Source: an uncultured Bacteroidaceae bacterium
Lineage (GTDB): Bacteria; Bacteroidota; Bacteroidia; Bacteroidales; Bacteroidaceae
Direction of reading: 5' to 3'
NCBI GenBank assembly: GCA_905234605.1
Contig: CAJOIE010000011.1
Span: 3,256 to 67,255, forward strand
Length of the DNA stretch: 64,000 nucleotides
Shown here: positions 1-7,921 of the stretch, piece by piece
Layout: every line of letters starts with the position of its first letter
How positions within the stretch are numbered: the stretch's first letter is position 1
Program-made: the position numbers and the translations under genes
Notes under the pieces: generated by a model
The model's database searches: none
The model's input: the letters and a program-made list of their open reading frames with translations, nothing else
Told to the model about the DNA's origin: nothing

Positions 1-1
1 C

Positions 2-322
2 AACGACAGCCTTATTCGGGTAAGCAGTGCCGATAACCATTCAGCCCTTTTGTTGGAAATTGATGTGAGTTCTTTGGATGAAGGTCTTCATACCTTTAGC
101 TTTCGTGCAAAAAACAGTTTCGATGAATGGGGAGACGTTTATTCGGAGGAATTTGAAGTAATGGCAGCCTCTTCTATTAGAGAAATGGAGAAAGGAAATG
201 GAACCATTGACGTATATAATCTCCGAGGCGAAAAGGTTCTCGACAATGCTAACTGGAACGAACTTACCCGTCTGCCACATTCCATATATATTATTGAAGG
301 GCGCAAGATTGTGATAAAGTAA
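2..322 (+). CDS. C-terminal fragment of a secreted protein ending in a T9SS (Por) C-terminal sorting domain; the 5' end lies outside the window
   Basis: Frame 2 is open from the window edge to the stop at 320-322. The tail ...GTIDVYNLRGEKVLDNANWNELTRLPHSIYIIEGRKIVIK has the same ending pattern as the other T9SS cargo tails in this window (ends at 46920 and 62236). GC is visibly lower than in the rest of the window. Confidence 0.55.
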   Translation, partial: NDSLIRVSSADNHSALLLEIDVSSLDEGLHTFSFRAKNSFDEWGDVYSEEFEVMAASSIREMEKGNGTIDVYNLRGEKVLDNANWNELTRLPHSIYIIEGRKIVIK

Positions 323-337
323 AAATAGGTGCTTCTG

Positions 338-1225
338 TCACTTCGCACCTGCAAAGTACCGGTTCTGCGGATTTATCCGTTTGGTGAAAGCTTGGTTCAT
401 CAAGAATAAGGTGTTGCCTTGGCCGTCGCGGATGATGTTTATCCCGCGTCGTGGTCGCGACAGCTCGCGCCCGTCTGTTGCATAGATGCGTCTGTGGGCA
501 CTGGCAGCTACTGGTATGTCAACTACCGGCTTGATGCTTGATGAGGCTTTGTCAATAAAGTAGAAACAATCAGCCCCCCCTTGTCTTGTGTGAACGTATG
601 TCTTACGAGTAGAATACGTATATGTCGTACAGATAATGAGTAGTTGGGAATGATGCAACCACTTGCCCATTTTCGGATATAACTTGAAACCCACCGTATG
701 TTGACTCCCTCTCTATTCTGCGTTTGTCGCCATTGAATGTGGTGTCACAATCCTCTTCAGTGAAGGTGTAGATGAGAGTTTCATATTGCTCATCGTCAGT
801 AAAAAGATTTTGAGTAATACATATGCCGTTGCAGTAGTCTTCAAAGTCTGTGTCACCATTGTGGAGGCCAAAATCAGGTGCGGACCAGGAACTGTCGTCG
901 TATTCTTTATAAGTATCCCAATTGCCCAGTGCATCCAATCTTTGATATGTGTAGACTGCCGTTGTGTAGACTGCCGTTTTGCGTGGATACTGGATGCTGA
1001 ACGAGTGTTCCTCCTCAAAGTCGGCATAGTAGATGGTGACCGTAGCCATGAAGGACGCATCTACTTGCATTGTGACGCACTTGCCCGTGGCCAGTGTAGC
1101 TGAAAACCTTAGGCATAAAATGCGTAGCTGCTCCCCTCTGTCTGTAACACGGGTGTTTGAGCCGAGAGATTGAGGGTGCAGGCGAGTGCTGCGGTGAGAA
1201 GTGCGACGTTTCGCATAGTTTCCAT
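338..1225 (-). pseudogene. Small T9SS-type secreted protein apparently broken into three reading frames (signal peptide, body, CTD-like tail)
   Basis: Track ORF 1109..1318 contains METMRNVALLTAALACTLNLSAQ (signal-peptide-like) and stops after about 35 aa. ORF 603..1070 (155 aa) continues in a second frame that stays open upstream of its Met. The third-frame ORF 338..694 ends ...HRRIYATDGRELSRPRRGINIIRDGQGNTLFL, which resembles a T9SS CTD. A G7/C7 run at 574-580 lies at the second junction. The region is low in GC. Confidence 0.4.
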
Positions 1226-1415
1226 CCGCAAGTCACGAGCATAACGCTTCGTAGTATTCCCGATATGTATGTCTGTCACGCAGTGTTGTGACGACGATGC
1301 AGATATACAACTTATCACATTCGCCCCAACCTAAGCAGCCATTTCTTTTTCCGCATGCTTCCCACAGGACTCGCCTGCATAAACATACAACCTGGATGCA
1401 AATATCGACATGGAT

Positions 1416-1465
1416 ATGCATGGCGGGTGCAAGAATATGCATAACTTTGCGGCGATTTAATGCAT
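1416..1465 (+). promoter_or_regulatory. Putative argR promoter with three ATGCAT boxes (candidate ARG-box-like operators) overlapping a TAACTTTG -7 box
   Basis: ATGCAT occurs at 1416-1421, 1437-1442 and 1460-1465 (spacing 21 and 23 bp). TAACTTTG at 1442-1449 matches the Bacteroides TAnnTTTG -7 consensus and sits 28 nt upstream of the argR GTG at 1477. Confidence 0.35.
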
Positions 1466-1476
1466 AAGCACAACTC

Positions 1477-1980
1477 GTGATACAACAGACACCCAGCAAG
1501 CAAGCCCGCTTGGAGATTATAAGGATGCTTGTGTCCATGCAGGAGATGAGCACTCAGGACGACCTCCGCCGCGAACTGTCCGTGGCAGGCTACCCCACCA
1601 CACAAGCCACCCTGAGCCGTGACTTGCGCCAGCTGCGCATAGCCAAGGGGCTCAATGAGCACGGGCAGATGGTGTACCTCCTGCCTGAGCAGCGCCGCTA
1701 CCAGCGTGTCAGCGACCAGCACATCACTGTGCATCAGCTTAACAGGCTCGGAGCCCTGTCGGTGCGCTTCAGCAACAACATTGCTGTCATCCACACCCCA
1801 CCGGGCCATGCTGCACATGTGGCATACGATATAGACCAGGCGCATATTGCCGAGGTGCTGGGCACCATAGCCGGCGACGACACCGTGGTCATCATCCTCA
1901 CGGAGGATGCTGCGCGGCCGGCGTTCCTCAACGCTTTGGCCGATGCTGTGCCGGAGACACGGAAGGGAGCTGACGCGTGA
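1477..1980 (+). CDS. argR: Arginine repressor ArgR
   Basis: 167 aa. The N-terminal winged-helix region is ...QDDLRRELSVAGYPTTQATLSRDLRQLRIAKG. The C-terminal oligomerisation region is ...GTIAGDDTVVIILTED. It heads an arginine biosynthesis gene string. Confidence 0.9.
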   Translation: MIQQTPSKQARLEIIRMLVSMQEMSTQDDLRRELSVAGYPTTQATLSRDLRQLRIAKGLNEHGQMVYLLPEQRRYQRVSDQHITVHQLNRLGALSVRFSNNIAVIHTPPGHAAHVAYDIDQAHIAEVLGTIAGDDTVVIILTEDAARPAFLNALADAVPETRKGADA

Positions 1981-2048
1981 TACTGAATAATGGAGTGTCA
2001 GCCGCATAGCTGCATAACTCTACCTTAACACCATCCACAGAAACGGAT

Positions 2049-2696
2049 ATGATACAGACCGACGTGCGCATAGATATTATCGTGGCCGACGAGAGTCACG
2101 AGCGATACGTGGACACCATCCTCGAGACTATTGCCGAGGCTGCCAAAAACCGTGGCACGGGCATAGCCAAACGCACCCATGAGTATGTAGCCACCAAGAT
2201 GCGCGAGGCAAAAGCCGTGATAGCCATTGCAACCATGCCCGACGGCGAGGAGCGTTTTGCGGGCTTCAGCTATATAGAGACATGGGGCAACAAGCAGTAT
2301 GTCACCACATCCGGACTTATTGTGCACCCCGACTTCAGGGGGATGCATATAGCCAAGCGCATCAAGGACATGACATTCTCCCTGGCGCGCACACGCTGGC
2401 CATACGCCAAGATTTTCTCCCTCACCAGCGGCAAGGCTGTGATGAAGATGAACACCCAGTTGGGCTACCTGCCAGTGACTTTCGACGACCTCACCGACGA
2501 CGAGGCTTTCTGGCGCGGCTGTGAGGGATGTGTCAACGTGGGCGTGCTGCGCGAGCGCAACCGTAAGTTCTGCATCTGCACAGCCATGCTCTTCGATCCC
2601 GAGGAGCATCTGCCTGCAAAGATACCTCAGAAGGTGATTGAGCGTATCAACAGGCTTGACGGCAAGATAACAAGCAGCCAGGAGATGCGCGACTAA
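2049..2696 (+). CDS. GNAT-family N-acyltransferase of the Bacteroidetes arg cluster (candidate N-acylglutamate synthase)
   Basis: 215 aa with a GNAT-like core (...GLIVHPDFRGMHIAKRIKD...). Its position between argR and argG is typical of Bacteroides-type arg clusters. The role as the first pathway enzyme is inference. Confidence 0.75.
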   Translation: MIQTDVRIDIIVADESHERYVDTILETIAEAAKNRGTGIAKRTHEYVATKMREAKAVIAIATMPDGEERFAGFSYIETWGNKQYVTTSGLIVHPDFRGMHIAKRIKDMTFSLARTRWPYAKIFSLTSGKAVMKMNTQLGYLPVTFDDLTDDEAFWRGCEGCVNVGVLRERNRKFCICTAMLFDPEEHLPAKIPQKVIERINRLDGKITSSQEMRD

Positions 2697-2767
2697 GCAC
2701 AACGGGACGGCGCAGTGGCATTATTCCGTTATTCAGAAACTCCGACACTGACAATAAACACAACAAT

Positions 2768-4006
2768 ATGGAAGAGAACAAGACGGCACACGCTAATGTG
2801 GTGCCTGCTAAGAAGAAAGTGGTCGTAGCCTTCTCCGGAGGATTAGACACGAGCTATACCGTGATGTATCTGGCCCAACAGGGCTACGAGGTGCATGCCG
2901 TGTGTGCCAACACCGGAGGCTTCTCGGCTGAGCAGCTACGCACCAATGAGCAGAATGCCTACCGCCTGGGTGCAGCTATGTATGCCACTCTCGATGTCAC
3001 ACAAGAGTACTACGCCAAGTCGCTCAAGTACATGATCTTCGGCAATGTGCTCCGCAATAACTGCTATCCTATCTCCGTCTCCTCGGAACGCATCTTTCAG
3101 GCAATTGCCATTGCGCGCTATGCCAATGAGGTGGGAGCCGATGCCATAGCCCACGGCAGCACAGGTGCCGGCAACGACCAGATACGCTTCGACATGACCT
3201 TCCTCGTCATGGCTCCAGGCGTGGAGATTATCACCCTGACGCGCGACCGCAAGCTCACCCGCAAGGAAGAGGTGGACTATCTCAATGCCCATGGCTTCGA
3301 TGCCGATTTTGCCAAGCTCAAGTATTCATATAATGTGGGCTTGTGGGGCACCAGCATCTGTGGCGGTGAGCTCCTCGACCCCACACAGTCGCTGCCGGAG
3401 GAGGCCTATCTCAAGCATGTCACAGCCAGCGAGCCAGAGACATTGCTGCGCATTGAGTTTGAGCGTGGCGAGGTGGTGGGTGTCAACGGTGAACACTTCG
3501 ACGACCGCGTGCGTGCCATTCAGCGCATAGAGGAGATAGGAGCCTCCTATGCCATAGGTCGCGATGCCAACGTGGGCGACACCATCATAGGCATCAAGGG
3601 GCGCGTGGGCTTCGAGGCCGCTGCTCCCAAGCTCATCATAGAGGCTCACCGTCTGCTTGAGAAGAGCACCCTCTCCAAGTGGCAGCAGTACTGGAAAGAC
3701 CAGGTGGCCACATGGTATGGCATGTTCCTCCATGAGAGCCAGTATCTCGAGCCTGTCATGCCAGACATCGAGGCTATGCTCACCAGCTCACAGCGCAATG
3801 TCACCGGCACTGCCATCCTGCGGCTGCGTCCTTATGGCTTCGACACCGTGGGTGTGGACAGCGGCAACGATCTCACCCGCAGCAAGCTCGGTGAGTATGG
3901 CGAGACACAGAGCGGTTGGACGGCCGACGAGGCCAAGGGCTTCATCAAGCTCCTTTCCACACCGCTGCGAGTGTATTATGGCACACATCCCGACGAGCAA
4001 AGGTAA
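2768..4006 (+). CDS. argG: Argininosuccinate synthase
   Basis: 412 aa. It carries the N-terminal AFSGGLDTS ATP-PPase motif and ...AHGSTGAGNDQIRFD..., both hallmarks of ArgG. Confidence 0.95.
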   Translation: MEENKTAHANVVPAKKKVVVAFSGGLDTSYTVMYLAQQGYEVHAVCANTGGFSAEQLRTNEQNAYRLGAAMYATLDVTQEYYAKSLKYMIFGNVLRNNCYPISVSSERIFQAIAIARYANEVGADAIAHGSTGAGNDQIRFDMTFLVMAPGVEIITLTRDRKLTRKEEVDYLNAHGFDADFAKLKYSYNVGLWGTSICGGELLDPTQSLPEEAYLKHVTASEPETLLRIEFERGEVVGVNGEHFDDRVRAIQRIEEIGASYAIGRDANVGDTIIGIKGRVGFEAAAPKLIIEAHRLLEKSTLSKWQQYWKDQVATWYGMFLHESQYLEPVMPDIEAMLTSSQRNVTGTAILRLRPYGFDTVGVDSGNDLTRSKLGEYGETQSGWTADEAKGFIKLLSTPLRVYYGTHPDEQR

Positions 4007-4015
4007 CACGCAGTG

Positions 4016-4216
4016 ATGGCAAAGGAACGACTGACACGCTCCACCTCCGACAGGTGGGTGGCAGGCGTCTGTGGCGGCATTGCCCGCTACCTCGGCTGGG
4101 ATGCCGACATGTTGCGCCTTATATGGGTGGTGCTCACTGTGGGCACCGCCTTCTGCGGCGTGCTGATATACTTGGTGCTGTGGCTGCTCATGCCTCAGAA
4201 TATATATGTACGTTAA
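4016..4216 (+). CDS. PspC-domain small membrane protein
   Basis: RSTSDRWVAGVCGGIARYLGWDADMLRLIWVVLTVGTAFCGVLIYLVLWLLMP is a textbook PspC-domain motif followed by a TM helix. The ATG is at 4016 (the track uses GTG at 4013). The gene is wedged between argG and argC with gaps of about 10 nt. Confidence 0.75.
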   Translation: MAKERLTRSTSDRWVAGVCGGIARYLGWDADMLRLIWVVLTVGTAFCGVLIYLVLWLLMPQNIYVR

Positions 4217-4225
4217 CAGCTGTAT

Positions 4226-5212
4226 ATGATAAAAGTAGGTATAATCGGCGGTGCCGGCTACGCTGCCGGCGAGCTCATCCGCCTGCTGCTCCATCACCCT
4301 GAAGTCGAGCTGGCTTTTGTGCACAGCAGCTCTAATGCAGGCAATCGCCTGACCGACGTCCATGCCGGCCTCATGGGCGACACCGACGTGCGCTTCACCG
4401 ACCGCCTGCAACTCAAAAGCATAGATGTGCTCTTCCTGTGCATGGGTCACGGCAAGAGTGCCGAATTCCTGGCAGCGAATGCCGTGCCGTCTGGTGTGCG
4501 CATAATAGACCTGGCACAGGACTTCCGTCTTGCCTCGCCAGGCAACGACTATGTCTATGGTCTGCCTGAGCTGCATCGGGAAGATATAACCAAGGCACGC
4601 TATGTGGCCAACCCGGGCTGCTTCGCTACCGCCATACAGATAGCCTTGCTGCCCTTGGCAGCAGGATGGATGCTGCACGACGATGTCAGTGTGAATGCCA
4701 TAACAGGTGCTACGGGAGCAGGCGTCAAGCCCTCTGCCACCACCCACTTTGCGTGGCGGGCCGACAACATGAGCATCTATAAGCCATTCCGCCACCAGCA
4801 TGTGCCCGAGATACGCCAGTCACTATCCGAGCTTCAGCCAGGCTTTGAGGCCGCCATCGACTTCATACCCTATCGCGGCCCATTTGCTCGGGGCATCTTC
4901 TGCACAGCCGTGACCAATATTGACCCCTCATTGCCAGAGGAGGAAGTGGTCAAGCTATATCGTCAGTTCTATCAGCCGGCAGCCTTCACCCACTATGTCG
5001 ACTGCGACATCGACCTCAAGCAGGTGGTCAACACCAACAAAGCCCTCGTGCATGTGGCTAAGGTCGCCACAGAGCGCGGGGCCAAGCTCCTTGTCACCTC
5101 TGTGATAGACAACCTGCTCAAGGGTGCCGCAGGGCAAGCAGTGCAGAACATGAATCTCATGCTCGGCCTCGATGAAACGGCTGGTCTGCACCTCAAGCCC
5201 AGTGCATTCTGA
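4226..5212 (+). CDS. argC: N-acyl-gamma-glutamyl-phosphate reductase
   Basis: 328 aa. It has the N-terminal GIIGGAGYAAGELIRLL Rossmann motif, the catalytic region ...ANPGCFATA..., and a C-terminal DNLLKGAAGQAVQNMNL. Confidence 0.95.
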   Translation: MIKVGIIGGAGYAAGELIRLLLHHPEVELAFVHSSSNAGNRLTDVHAGLMGDTDVRFTDRLQLKSIDVLFLCMGHGKSAEFLAANAVPSGVRIIDLAQDFRLASPGNDYVYGLPELHREDITKARYVANPGCFATAIQIALLPLAAGWMLHDDVSVNAITGATGAGVKPSATTHFAWRADNMSIYKPFRHQHVPEIRQSLSELQPGFEAAIDFIPYRGPFARGIFCTAVTNIDPSLPEEEVVKLYRQFYQPAAFTHYVDCDIDLKQVVNTNKALVHVAKVATERGAKLLVTSVIDNLLKGAAGQAVQNMNLMLGLDETAGLHLKPSAF

Positions 5213-5232
5213 ACATAACTGACAATAAAAGC

Positions 5233-6048
5233 ATGAGCAAATACCTCTCTTACGCCGTTCTGCTATGCATCTCTGGCGCCATCGCAGCCTGCCGGCATGC
5301 TGCCGCAGACATCCGGCCCGTGGCATGTACGCTGGAGGCCCCATTGCCTGCCGACTCTGCACCTGAAGCCGTGCGTGAGGCCATGACTCTCGCTGTCAGG
5401 TTTCATCCCTACGAAATCCTGAGCGATACTTCTGCCGACATCTGTGTTGCGGGCATTGCCGCCGTTGATGTGCCTACACAGACTGCTTCCGTGCAAGAAT
5501 GTTCCACTGAGGGCTACGGCATTGCCGTGACCAAAGGTGCACAGACGACAAACTTCCCTCACATTCGCCACACACGCCAACCACGTGCAGGCTACGACCA
5601 TGCCTCCGATGCCGTTTGGTATGCGTGCAGCGCGATGGAAGGCACAGGCGTGCAGGTGGAGCGTCTGTATATCCTGCGCTTTCAGGCTGATGGCATCGCT
5701 TATGTGGCTGCCACCATCGAGCCCTCCGACATCCTGCAAGCCTGTTGTGCGCGTTTAGGCTATTGCATCAGCGGGCAGCAGATAACCTTCTTCGACGGGC
5801 AGAGGCCCCTCGGCACGTCCACCGTTACCGTCACCGACATGGGCGGCTTCGACGACGAACAGCCGCTGTGGATTGGTGAACAGTTGAGCTATGATTTCAG
5901 TCGTGACAGCATCTATGTACTCATCACACCAGGCGTGAAGTTCACCACCGGTCTTGTCCTCACCTACGATGACATGCCAGTGCTGAAGTCCTGCCTCACC
6001 GTAGATGCCGATGGCGGCTGCTCCCTTGGCGAGTTCACCTTGGAATAA
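5233..6048 (+). CDS. Hypothetical Cys-rich lipoprotein (no family recognised)
   Basis: 271 aa. MSKYLSYAVLLCISGAIAAC reads as a signal peptide plus lipobox-like Cys. I count 11 Cys in total. The coding frame has high GC3 and the gene is tightly packed between argC (stop 5212) and argD (start 6065). Confidence 0.6.
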   Translation: MSKYLSYAVLLCISGAIAACRHAAADIRPVACTLEAPLPADSAPEAVREAMTLAVRFHPYEILSDTSADICVAGIAAVDVPTQTASVQECSTEGYGIAVTKGAQTTNFPHIRHTRQPRAGYDHASDAVWYACSAMEGTGVQVERLYILRFQADGIAYVAATIEPSDILQACCARLGYCISGQQITFFDGQRPLGTSTVTVTDMGGFDDEQPLWIGEQLSYDFSRDSIYVLITPGVKFTTGLVLTYDDMPVLKSCLTVDADGGCSLGEFTLE

Positions 6049-6064
6049 ACATAAACGCATAAAT

Positions 6065-7210
6065 ATGACACTGTTCGACGTCTATCCCCTCTTTCCCATC
6101 AACATAGTGCGTGGCAAGGGATGCCGCGTGTGGGATGACCATGACACTGAGTACCTCGACCTCTACGGAGGCCATGCCGTGATTTCCATCGGTCATGCGC
6201 ATCCTCACTATGTGGAAGCCGTGAGCCGCCAAGTGGCACAGCTGGGCTTCTACAGCAATTCCGTTGTCAACAAGCTTCAGCAGCAGCTGGCAGCGCGCAT
6301 GGGTGCTGCCACAGGCTACGACGACTATCAGCTATTCCTCATCAACAGCGGTGCCGAGGCCAACGAGAATGCCCTGAAGATGGCCTCGTTCCACACAGGG
6401 CGCACACGTGTGCTGGCCGCCGCGCACGCCTTCCACGGGCGCACGAGTCTGGCCGTGGAGGTGACCGACAACCCACGCATCCAGGCACCGATAAACATGG
6501 GCGGGCACGTCACCTTCCTACCGTTCAATGACACCGAGGCATGGCTTTGCGAACTGGCAAAGGACGATGTTGCTGCATGCATCATAGAACCCATACAAGG
6601 TGTGGGTGGCATACAGGTGGCCACGACGCCGTTCCTCAAGGCACTGCGTGAGGCTTGCACGGCGCATGGCACGGTCTTTATTGCCGATGAGATACAGTCG
6701 GGCTATGGCCGCAGCGGTCGTTTCTTCGCCCATCAGTATGCCGACATACGTCCCGACATCATCACCATGGCCAAGGGCATTGCCAATGGCCTGCCCATGG
6801 GCGCAGTGATATTCGGCCCTCAGTTCAGGCCTGTCTACGGACAGCTCGGCACCACCTTTGGCGGCAACCATCTGGCGTGCGCCGCAGCCCTTGCCGTGCT
6901 CGATGTGATGGAGGGGGAACAGCTTGTGAGCAATGCCGAGCGTGTGGGCGGTTATCTGCTCCGGCGCTTGCAGACATTGGCGCATACAGCTGCCGGCAGC
7001 CACATCACCGACTTGCGTGGACGCGGCCTCATGATAGGCATCGAGACCGATGTGTCGCAGAAGGAAGTGCGCTCCAGACTTCTCAGTGAGCACCACATCT
7101 TCACCGGTGCGGCTGGCACCAACACGCTACGCCTGTTGCCGCCGTTGTGCCTGACCGAGGCCGATGCTGATGTCTTCGTCGAGGCGTTGACGGCGGTGCT
7201 GGCAGAATAG
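6065..7210 (+). CDS. argD: N-acyl(acetyl/succinyl)ornithine aminotransferase
   Basis: Class-III PLP aminotransferase features are present (...LINSGAEANENALK..., ...DEIQSGYGRSGRFFA...TMAKGIANG...). I trimmed the start to ATG 6065 (MTLFDVYP...), because track ORF 6005 overlaps the upstream gene. Confidence 0.9.
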   Translation: MTLFDVYPLFPINIVRGKGCRVWDDHDTEYLDLYGGHAVISIGHAHPHYVEAVSRQVAQLGFYSNSVVNKLQQQLAARMGAATGYDDYQLFLINSGAEANENALKMASFHTGRTRVLAAAHAFHGRTSLAVEVTDNPRIQAPINMGGHVTFLPFNDTEAWLCELAKDDVAACIIEPIQGVGGIQVATTPFLKALREACTAHGTVFIADEIQSGYGRSGRFFAHQYADIRPDIITMAKGIANGLPMGAVIFGPQFRPVYGQLGTTFGGNHLACAAALAVLDVMEGEQLVSNAERVGGYLLRRLQTLAHTAAGSHITDLRGRGLMIGIETDVSQKEVRSRLLSEHHIFTGAAGTNTLRLLPPLCLTEADADVFVEALTAVLAE

Positions 7211-7353
7211 AGTGAAAGTAGCGAAAGACGTTAAGCCAATGTATGAGACTGCCATCTTGGCCTGCCTTGCCCACTACACCACGCCAATCGGCTTACCTGC
7301 TCCAACTCCTTTTACTCCTCCAACAACAGTAATATAATACCTCCAATATCAAC

Positions 7354-7911
7354 ATGGACCAACAGTTGCAACAACTCGGGCAGCGTCTGCGCGGTTTGCG
7401 CGATGTGCTCGACATCACCGAGCAAGAGATGGCCGACACCTGTGGCATCAGTCTCGAGAAGTACCAGCGCATAGAGCGCGGCGAGGTGGACATCACCATC
7501 TCCAACATCATGAAGATAGCCCACAAGTATGGCATCTCCGCCGATGCCATCATGTTCGCCGAGGAGCCCCACATGCGCTCCTACTCCGTGGTGCGCAAGG
7601 GACAGGGCATGAGTGTGGAGCGCACGGCGGCCTACAAGTATCAGAGTCTGGCCAGTGGCTTTGCAGGGCGCAAGGCCGAGGTGTTCATCGTCACCGTGGA
7701 GCCTAAGCCCGAGGCACGCACCATCTATAAGAACACCCACAGCGGACAGGAATTCAACCTCGTGCTCGAGGGAGCCATGGAGCTCTATATTGCGGGCAAG
7801 ACTATTGTCCTGGAAGAGGGCGACAGCATTTATTTCGACTCCACCAAACCACACGGCATGAGAGCCATCGGCAGCAATGCCGTGCGCTTCCTTGCCGTGA
7901 CTGTGGAATAA
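7354..7911 (+). CDS. XRE-family HTH transcriptional regulator with C-terminal cupin domain
   Basis: 185 aa. The N-terminal HTH is LGQRLRGLRDVLDITEQEMADTCGISLEKYQRIERGE. The C-terminal cupin region is ...HSGQEFNLVLEGAMELYIAGKTIVLEEGDSIYFDSTKPHGMRA. Confidence 0.85.
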   Translation: MDQQLQQLGQRLRGLRDVLDITEQEMADTCGISLEKYQRIERGEVDITISNIMKIAHKYGISADAIMFAEEPHMRSYSVVRKGQGMSVERTAAYKYQSLASGFAGRKAEVFIVTVEPKPEARTIYKNTHSGQEFNLVLEGAMELYIAGKTIVLEEGDSIYFDSTKPHGMRAIGSNAVRFLAVTVE

Positions 7912-7921
7912 TCTTAGCACC

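Noticed and set aside
6005-6064. The upstream start of argD at 6005 given by the ORF track
   Set aside because: It overlaps the end of the lipoprotein gene by 44 nt, and the added residues (MPMAAAPLASSPWNKHKRIN) are not part of the aminotransferase fold. ATG 6065 gives a typical ArgD N-terminus.
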